A DNA stretch of 64,000 nucleotides from Amoebophrya sp. A120. Its lineage: Eukaryota; Protista; Dinoflagellata. The notes below the pieces were generated by a model. It saw only the letters and a program-made list of their open reading frames with translations. It was not told where the DNA came from and did no database searches. Below, piece after piece: positions 36,969 to 46,359 of this stretch (position 1 is its first letter; every line of letters begins with the position of its first letter). The DNA lies in the NCBI GenBank assembly GCA_905178155.1, contig CAJINV010000001.1, forward strand, positions 3,797,706 to 3,861,705, written 5' to 3'. Made by a program: the position numbers and the translations under genes.

Positions 36969-39900
36969 ATGGCGGGGAACTTGAGCTTGGACGACATTAT
37001 GGCCCAGGCGCTGGGCGACTGGTCGGGCGGCGCGACTGCGCATCAATCAGGAGCTGGTGCTGATCTCCAAAGCGCAACAAGTTTTCTGTCAACGACGACG
37101 AACCAACTGGACCCCTTGGGTACAACTTCTACAACTTCCAGCATGATGGGCGGGCAACAGCAGCAGCAGCAGAGTTTGATGTCCTCGATGTTAGCGGCCA
37201 CACTTCCCACGGATATGCGGAACCGGATTGACCGCGCAGTGCAGGCGATTTGTGCCAACCCGTCCCCCAACTCCGAGGTGGAATTTGCCGGGAAACACAC
37301 GATAAATCCGGCGTACAAATTTCTCTTCCACGGGCCGGGCTCCGACTACTACCGCGCAAAACTGCAGGAGACCCGCGCAGCCGCGGCAACAAACTTGCTG
37401 CTTGGAGGTAGTACTAGTGGTACAGCAACTGGAGGAGCGACTGGAGGGGCAAGTGGTGCAGGAGCTGCAACTCTCAACAACATGAAAGCCCAACAACCGC
37501 AGCAGCCGAAAACGCAGCAGGTGATACGACCGGGCGGCGCCGCCGCTGGTCTTTTTTCGACCTCCAAAGCGTCGTCGGTCAGTGCCGCTGGCGCGGCCGG
37601 AAGTACCCTGGGAAACAACACGCAGCAACAAGCCGCAGCGCAGCCGATCTCGAAGCGCATGCCGCACCAAGGAGCCGCGACCGCAGCACCTGCTTCACAA
37701 CTATTTTCAAATACCGCGGCGGGGACCACGACCGGGGCCGCAGCCAACGCCGCTGCTGCGGGGACTACTACAACTGGAAATACGGGGACAACAACATCAA
37801 ACTACACGCCCGTGCAGAGACTGGCACTGAAATACGCGGACCCCGGGCTTTCCGAAATCCCACCGGCCATGCGGCAGCAGTGGACGCAAATTTTCAAAAA
37901 TCTGGAGCAAACCGCCTCGGCCGAACACATCAAACAAGGCAGAACCTGGGTGGAGAAGGCCATCAAGCTCGGAGTTACGGGGGTAAAAGCTTCTTTGTGA
38001 TTGCATTGTTGGCTCCTGCATGACGATGATGATTGTTATTGATGGCTGCTTTTCGACTTTAGTTTATTAATCAGATGCAGCGTGTGTATAATGAAAATGA
38101 TGCAAGAACTGCGTAGTTTTAAGTGGCAGCTATGGAGTGTTTTTTTCTGAATGTCTATGTCATTCGTATCTAGATCTACAGTACACTTAGAAGGGGGCAA
38201 AACCAAAAGCACCCTGTTTTTCCAACCTTTACACAAAATTTCAGGTAATTGGGTTTATCCACTCGTTCATGAAGCAGACGGAGCGGACGTTCTCTCACGT
38301 TTTGCACATTTTGTACGTGATCCACGACGTGCTCCAGTGCGAGGCTTTTTCGAACTCGGCCACCCCCGACAAGTGGCGCAACATTCCCCTGATAAAGCCC
38401 TATCTGCCCTGGTTGCTACGCACCAGCTACAAGCTAGCGACGAGCGACACCGAGCGGACGCGGGTCGGCAATTTGCTGAAGCTGTGGGTGGACCGCAAGT
38501 GCTTGTCCGAGATATCAAAAGGAAAAATCCCCCCTCCCCATATCGAAACGAAGTTTCTGATGCTGGATTTGCTTACACAAATCGGATCTCTCTTGCAGTA
38601 GGGGACTGCAGGCCCATACCAAGCCCGAGTAGAGACGTGCTGGCCTAGGTGTTTAGCATGAAAAACGGCTATGCTGTAGGCCCAATAGCATCACAAACCG
38701 CCTGCATAATGCCGCGAGGCCTGTGCGGTTGCCTTCTTGCAAGACAGAGACGATTTGTGGTCACAAATCAGCATGGCAAATTTTCTGAGGTGTGCCTTTT
38801 CGATATGGGGAGGGGGTATTTTTCCTCACAATACGAGACGGAAATGCACGAAATTCGCATGTTGATGGAAACCACTGAGGAACTACCGCAGCCTATTCTG
38901 AGTAAAAACGTCCCCACCCCAGAGATGTCATGCAGATTTGCAGCTACAGGAATGGAAGATTTGTAATGCGCATCCCCATGAGAGGCATTTCCAAGCGCGT
39001 TTTGCAATTTGTAATGCTGTCGACAGGATGAGTAGATGGGTTTGTGTTGCGGCTGTACTTGCTAAACTGCACTACAATACAGAGACGAACTTGTCATGCT
39101 TGACCCCCAATACTTCTCGATTTGTGTTGCGAGATCCCCATCTTGACTCTGGTGTGGGGGCGTTTTTACATAGGATACAGCCAGTGCCTGTAGTGCAGCA
39201 GCAAGTCCAGCCAAATGCTGCAGGTACATTTGTTGTAGTTCGTTGTATAGAGGACGGCAGTCAAAAATACCTATGGTCGAAGGGACGAAGTTTATGCTAG
39301 TACAGGCTACTAGTACCTGTTTTCATGGTTCTTTGAACACGATCCAGCAGAATTATTATGCAGGCAGCGGATTGATGTATGACTAACTTGTGAATTACTT
39401 ATATCCAAACATCTTTGATTTTTCGCATTTCTTACCCAGGCGGCTGGAACCAGCAGCAAACCAACGCTTGGTGGAACAGCTGGAACGCATGGGGTGCGGC
39501 CGGTGGTGCGGCTGCCGGTCAGCAGCAGCAGCCGTTCAACATGCTAGGGATGAATATGATGGCTGGCTTGATGGGCAATATGGGAGCTGCACCAGGGACC
39601 GTTTCCACCGCTACACCCAGCGCGGGTGCACCTCCTGCGAACAATATCATGATGAACCAAGTCCCAGGAAGTGGAGCCTCCCTCACGACACCAGCAGGTC
39701 CCAACGCCGGCACTACACCTTCCACGCAAGTCCCCAGCAACACTTCTACCAATGCAAATAATAAACCCTCCCGCGCCACCCCGGAGTCGATACCCGTCGG
39801 CTTGATGGCCTCGATGCTGAAGAACGTGTCGCAGCGCAATCGGAATTACCAAACCGCGTTCTACCCCTACAAACCGCTCGACCCCAACATGACGCCGCAG

Positions 39901-40281
39901 ACCATGCCGGGACTGCAGCCGTTAACGGACCGGATCAAGGACAAGTTGGCAACCTTCTTTGCCGACGAGGAGCGCCACGAGGCGCGCGAGAACCTGAAGG
40001 CGCAGCTGAAGCGCCCGGATTCGCGCAGTAGCGAGCAAGACAGCGACGAAGACGACGACGACGATTCGCCGAGTAAGAGTCTCGGCGGCCCGGTGACGAC
40101 CAGTCTGCATTTTCGGAAAAAACGGTCCCGGTCCAACAGCGACTCCTCCAGTAGCAGCCAATCGCCAAGTCGGTCGTCCGCTCCCAGCCCCGTCGTGTTG
40201 CACAAAAAGCCTTCGATTTTCGGCAAGGCCCCCGGGCCGTCGCCGAACGGCGCGATGGGCGGGATGATGATGGGGAACTAG
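36969..40281 (+). CDS. CHERP: CHERP-like U2 snRNP-associated factor (SURP + CID + CHERP C-terminal motif); exons 36969..37982, 38245..38512, 38839..38893, 39183..39223, 39440..40281
   Basis: SURP (IDRAV...YKFLF.GPG.DYYRAK), CID (LHILYVIHDVL...LLKLW), 'IPVGLMA...YKPLDP' motif, RS-rich tail. Confidence 0.8.
38513..38833. mobile_element. Introner/MITE, family E
   Basis: TAT....AGGAAAAAT.CCCCCTCCCCATATCGAAA TIR. DR CGAGA. Excision gives CLSE|TEMHE. Confidence 0.9.
38894..39177. mobile_element. Introner/MITE, family E-related
   Basis: TAT.....GTAAAAACG.CCCCAC.CCAGAG TIR. DR CAGCC. Excision gives LPQP|VPVVQ. Confidence 0.9.
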
Positions 40282-40809
40282 CTACGCGGAGACTGATGAA
40301 ATGACTTAACGACCCTTTTCATTTTCCCTCGGCTGCGACGAAACGCAGACGAACGGAGAGCTGGCGACCGGGACGAGTATTAAGCTGCCCGTCTGAAGAA
40401 GACCGTAAATGTGCTGGTACTGAAGAAAAGACCACCATCAACTCATCTTCGAGATTTCAAATTGACGTGTTTTTTCAGTCAGTCTACTCGACTAGGAGAC
40501 GAAGAGGAAGAGTTGTAGTTTTGGCGGGACATCAGCACGACGAGTCTTAGTAGACTGGCACAAGTACTTACGAGAGTTGATCCCGGTGTTGACCGTGACT
40601 CCCTCGGTGAGGAGGTGGCACAGTACACGAGAACTGAGCTGCAGGAGGAGTGCACCACGGCGACAAAATAAGTCATTCTGAGTCGCTGCGCTTGATACTG
40701 CAGCCATAATCTTTTGTTTCTCAGTTTCGGAACAACAAGAACAGACGAGAACCTCAACCCCCCACTAGAAGAACTGCGCACAGCAGCGCGTCGCGAAAAA
40801 CAACAAACT

Positions 40810-41205
40810 ATGCCGCTGGTGAACGTGTTTCTGGGCGCGGGCGCCCAGCACGTGCGTGGGAAGCTCCAAGTGGCCAAGTTCCACGATTTTCTGGCGTCGA
40901 AGGAGATGTTTGCCGTGCCCTTTGGCATTCTGCAAGTGAACGTTTTCAATTGCCAGGAGATGTACCCCGAGCCGCGCACCTTCATCAGCATGCGGTGCAA
41001 GGGAACCAAGGAGCGCACGCCGGAAAAGCTGAAGCAGGTGTTAGCGGACACGGGGAAGTACTTGGAAAAAAACGGGATCAACGGACGGATTCGGCTGGAA
41101 ACCTTCAACCCGGACCTGCAGATGGCGGTCTCTTTCGGAATGACTGTGGAAGACGACCCAACGGCGGTCACAGTGGAGCCAACACCTCCCGCGAGTAAGT
41201 TGTGA
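40810..41205 (+). CDS. Tautomerase/MIF-superfamily-like protein
   Basis: 131 aa starting M-P-L-V-N-V (candidate catalytic Pro1). Second-half 'FISMRCKG..ERTPEKLKQVL' resembles the GRTxEQK repeat. Confidence 0.6.
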   Translation: MPLVNVFLGAGAQHVRGKLQVAKFHDFLASKEMFAVPFGILQVNVFNCQEMYPEPRTFISMRCKGTKERTPEKLKQVLADTGKYLEKNGINGRIRLETFNPDLQMAVSFGMTVEDDPTAVTVEPTPPASKL

Positions 41206-41492
41206 CTTGCATAGCGATTGATGCAGCTTCCTTGAAGATGTAGCTCCTCTCTGCAATTTCAAGGGCGGGGGCTCTCGAGTTCTTTCGTTTTGGTAATACA
41301 GAGACCGGCGGTGGCAAACACACCAAATTTTCCTATACAGTTAGAAGTAGAGCTACCTCCCAGCGACGCGACAGATTGTCTATCTTTTTCCTTCTTCGGC
41401 TTGAAGTTGAACGCATAAGAATTTCGCGACAAATACAGAATCAATGTACCACACGAGCAGCTTCTACAATGCGAGAATTTCATATTCCGGTC

Positions 41493-42808
41493 GCCTGCAA
41501 CGCCAACGCCGGCGAGTCGTGTTCTTCTTCCAAAAGTTCAAACCCTGGGCCGATCCTCTGAGTGACTTCCTTCCCGCAAATCTTTAGACTGTTTGATCCC
41601 GAACCCAGCACAAACAAGCACGAGAATAAGGATTAAGCGCAAGATCTAGAGCGAATACCCAAACAAATTGCACACCCAACCACAACACACGCGCTGAAGA
41701 TCTACCACGCTGAAAACACTCTCTACACCTGAATGAGGGCGGGCGTGATGAATGTAGTGGCAACCTTTTTCGATTTTTTACAGGCTACGGGATCGATCGT
41801 TGAGCTAGGTGCTTTCTCTATAAATATCTTATGACGATTAAATGAATTCCCGCTATGTCAATTTCGCTTTTAGTCCATCACACAGCACGCACAGAACCAA
41901 GACCGTAAGGGCATAATCGTGTTTGGAATGGTTGTTAAGGATGCGTGAAAAAACATGATGACTGAACGTGAAAGCCGATGCGGTAGTAGGCAGCTCTCGG
42001 CGAGGTTTTACGAGTGAAGCAAAAAACAAAAAAGTAGGAACACAGCCAGCCAGCGAAACGAAAGCAGGGCGCAGCAGACACGAAGAGTGTTCGCCCAAGA
42101 ATGATCATGGCCCGGAAATGAGAAGGAAAGTGTGATGAAAGGATAATGTGTAATGCGACTCGTGAAAAGAGTTCTACCAACGGTGCTGAGGCTGGGAGAA
42201 TCCCGCGAAGGACCCATAGCAGCGCTGTGAATTGGCCCGGACGCAAAGGATTGGAGTTGAAAAATGACGAACCTAGTGTCTACCATTGAAAGTAAATTTA
42301 TAAAAGTTTTCAGATTGGAAGCAGCTAGGCTCTGCCTTTATATATTGCCACAAAAATTTACAAGTAGGAGTTAGCTTATACTTGGAACATGTGCACAGAA
42401 CCAAGACTGTATGGGCATAACCGTTTTCGCCATGGTTGTTAAGGTTGCATATGCTTTAGGCGGTATTAGGGAGGGGCGACACACTTTCAAAACAACTATC
42501 TACTTTTATTTTTTGGCGCGCCTTGTGCCCGCCGCGATTGTCTATTAAAGTTTACCTTTGACTATTTCTGCTCGGAAGATGTAGTTTAGACGATAAGCGT
42601 TTTTCTATCGAGAAAGTGACGCTGTGAGACCTAGAAATCAATGGACTCCGCTCGGGCAGGGTCGTTTAAGGTTTCCCGGGAAACCTTCGGTGTAGCTCGC
42701 GCCAAAGTGTGTTGCAATGCAACCGAAAACGCGGCGCGCGCATGGACTCCGCTGCTGTTTGTGTGCACAAGCCTGCAACGCCAACGCCGGCGAGTCGTGT
42801 TCTTCTTC
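41493..42808. repeat. Perfect 38-bp direct repeat pair (41493..41530, 42771..42808) enclosing a second ~56-bp imperfect pair
   Basis: GCCTGCAACGCCAACGCCGGCGAGTCGTGTTCTTCTTC occurs twice. GCACAGAACCAAGAC.GTA.GGGCATAA...ATGGTTGTTAAGG at ~41889 and ~42394. Confidence 0.85.
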
Positions 42809-43841
42809 TAGGCGCCAGCAGTTTGCTGTGTGTTTGATCTGACGATGTTGAGAGGTCACGGTAAGTGGCTGCATGAAAAGATCAAAATTTTTAGAATGGC
42901 GACGTTGTTGTTTACGTGGTAGCTAGTAGTCACCGGTTGTCCATCAATTCTGCAAGGTGCGAATCCATGTCCATGATGTTGATATGGCAGAACAAAAACA
43001 AACGTGTCAGCATAATTTGTTGCGAGTTCGATCCTTATCTTCAGCTGCAGACCACTCTGTCTCAGCAACCGACTAAACAAGCGGCGAGTTGTAGTGCAAA
43101 AAACAGCAAACCGATCCTTTCGTTCCGTGTATCTAAAAGCACTTCTAGGATTTTTATTTGGCGAATTCAACCTGCGAATGGTGTAGGCAGTAACGAGCGT
43201 AAAAGATCGAGATCCTGCGTTTAACACGAGTCATCTTCTGATGATGTCAATATCGTTAGTGCTATCCAAAACCAAAAGTGTGCGCAATGTTGTTTACCCA
43301 TTAATACAAGATTCTTCTGACGAATTGTATCATCCAGAATTTGGTAGTTGCTTTATCTTCCCGCCGGGTTCTTTTTTTCTGGTATCATTCATTACCATAG
43401 CCATTTTTCTCGACCTCTTATCACAGGGCACCTCATCAGCACCACGCCGCTTTCTTCTGCAAACCGAGTACTACAGCAAATCGGCATCGCGCGCGCGCCA
43501 CAGTAAGAGCATCGCTTGTTCTTCCACCGCCTAGAAGCGCACTACTCGTATTCCGCATAATATCGCGTTCCGCATTAGAAAGCGCTGTCACGACCTGCTC
43601 ATCCGCACAGGACGAGACAAGACGAGCCCCATACCACGACTCTATAACAAGTTTCGCTTGCTGCAGCCGAATCCAACGGCACAAGAAACCGAATCTCGCA
43701 GTCCGAGCAGTCTTCGTAAAAAATTGATCAGAGTCCTACTCTCTACTTGACCTTGTTGCGAAACAAGCACTGCAGCTCCCTGCTATAGCGGTACTGCTAC
43801 TTCTGCAAAAACCTGCGCGTAAAGAAGATTTTTTCGACAAG

Positions 43842-45070
43842 ATGGCAGAATTTCTCCCCCGCGACAAGCAGCAACAAGCTCTGGAGAGCGAAAGGAACGG
43901 TGGAAAGGTCTTCATCGGGAATGTGCGAAAGGACGTAGAGAAAGACGAGATCGAAGACACGTTCAGTAAATACGGAGAGGTATAGTACAAGGCATGCAGC
44001 AACTAGATCAGAGTCAGATGACGACGAACAAAGAGAAATATGATAGAGAAACTGGCGTCTGTTTTGATGCTTATAATTGTTATCCTGTCTTCTTTGTGCA
44101 AACTCATCAAATGCAAAAAATGGAAATGCAGGTGCTGTCCGTTTGGATTGCAAAGAACCCGCCGGGTTTCGCCTTCGTCACTTTCAAAAGCGCGGATGAG
44201 GCACAGACCGCGATCAAAGAGGCCCACGGGTTGGAAGTTGGTATTAAAAAAGATTTGGATTTGCTTCCTTTGCTCGAGAGCTTGCTTGTTCATCTTTATG
44301 AGCTACATTCCATTCGTGTGTGAAAATGAAAAAACAGACTTTGCGGAAGACAACGGCCGGGGTTTGCGTGTCGAAGGATCCACGTACGCATATGGCGTTC
44401 TCAACTGTTACATTCTTAACTGTTAGCACATAATTTGCCATGCAAATTGATCATGACCCGCCAGACTATCAAGCTGTTTCGCATGACAAAGTCTCGAAGG
44501 GCTAGACAGCGTCTAAATCTGTGCCAAATTTATGATGCGAGACTTGCAAGCTCGCCCCTTTCCCTATTGCTGTTTTTGCATCACAAATCCATGCAACACT
44601 AACAGTTGAGAATGTAACGCTTGAGAACGCCATAACGCACAGAAGCGTCACCGTGGCGGCGGTGGACGTGGGGCGAGCTCGAGAGGACGCGACAGCTACC
44701 GGGACCGGTAAAACCAGTGCATGAAAAAAATAAAAAGTCTTTGTCTTTCCTCGGCCCTCGCTTAGGAGTTCGCGTTTTTTTTTCAACATGATAGAGCAAT
44801 GTCAAGAACACCGGCGTTACTCGTCATACACATGATGCGACAAGGTACCTACATAGATATATGAACTTGTCTGCTCCACCGTCTTTCTGTGCATGTGAAA
44901 AAGACGAAATCCAACTGAAATCTCGAATCGTTTTCATCGACAGGTCCCGTGGTCGCCGACGCGACAGCCGAAGCAGGGGTCGCGGCGGTGGTGGTGGTTA
45001 CCGCTCGCGGCGCGATAGCCGTGGTGGAAGAGGTGGTCGCCGAGACCGCGACAGCCGCCAACGCAGGTAG
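43842..45070 (+). CDS. SR splicing factor, SRSF3/SRSF7 (RSZ)-like; exons 43842..43979, 44132..44240, 44338..44390, 44640..44707, 44944..45070
   Basis: RRM with KVFIGN and VWIAKNPPGFAFVTF, followed by an RS/RG tail. Three GT-AG introns plus one introner. Confidence 0.88.
44391..44634. mobile_element. Introner/MITE, family C
   Basis: TATGGCGTTCTCAA..GTTACATTCT.AACTGTTAG TIR. DR ACGCA. Confidence 0.92.
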
Positions 45071-46359
45071 AACAGCGGCTAGTAATACCATGGCGAGGTG
45101 GATAAAACGAGAAGAAAGGAGAAAAACTAAACTCAAAATGAATTTCCGAGAGAAACAAACTTTGACGTCGCAGCTCAGTGGTTCTATCTAGTAAACGACA
45201 CAAAATTAACAATGGCTCATGAGTAAGGAACATGGCGTATGGAAAAATCTTCCTGTACCAGAAGGCGACTGGAATTGGAATGACCCATGTCCTGCTCTCC
45301 ACATACGATATTGATGTTTTTGCTTTATCTTTTGCTTGTTTTGCAACACGAATCAGTTGTAGCTTATTATCATGTGCAATTTTCCGCTCAACAAGGACTG
45401 ATCATATTGCTGCCTCTCGAGCAAGATGAAAGACGCGCGCCGCATGGGAGGAAGCGTTGCGAACTTTTTTGCAGACACGGATTCCGTCAACGAGAATACT
45501 GAAAGAATTTGCAATTCATTTTAAGAAATTGCGAGGAACAAAATGCATTGATTCCGATGGATTCTGCTTGGAGTTTGTGAATATCTTCACGAAATAGCAG
45601 CACTGATCCCGCGGTGATAATGTTGTTCGATTCATCGTCCGTCTACTTAGCAGCTGACTTCATGATGTTGCGAAGGTAGCAAGTAGTTGTCCTCTCCATG
45701 TTTGCCACGATGATACGCAACTACAGGACACACTATAAATCACTCCTGTGAAGGTTTTGCTTTAGGTTAACTACATGAAGATGGGTGCGTTGATAGATCA
45801 CACTCATTCGTGATGGAAGTGCGCTGCGTCTGAGACTCGGCAAGCAAGATCGACTATCATGATCTGGCAGTGGGAGTGGAACGACTGCGATCAAAAGAGC
45901 CAGCGCGCAGCGATGCAGGTCCAGGACAGACAGATCTTCACGTAGGTTTGTCATGACACGTAGTCGTCAGACTCAAGTCTGTCTCCTGTTTTTTTTTGAT
46001 TCTTTCGGTTGTGTTTGTGTTTGTGATGAAGTTCCAGACATGTAGTGAAGCTGTGTGTGTGGTCGTTGGTACTAAAGTAGCAGCCACACAAGACCTCTGG
46101 CGGTTTTCCAAAATGTTGACATATATTTTGCATCGGTTGACATCAATCTCCTCGTCTCGTAATTTGGCGTCGTCTGCATTTACATTTTTGCGTTGCACTT
46201 GCAGCTCGTGCATCACCGCCTGTATTTTGATCTGGTTACGTTATGAAGATGTAGTTATTCTTACTCGTAAAAACATGTTATCATGATTTTGATTTGACGA
46301 AGAGGAAGGGGCTAGTCGGCCGCCAATTACATTTTACTTAGTGCGAAGTCGAATTCGAA

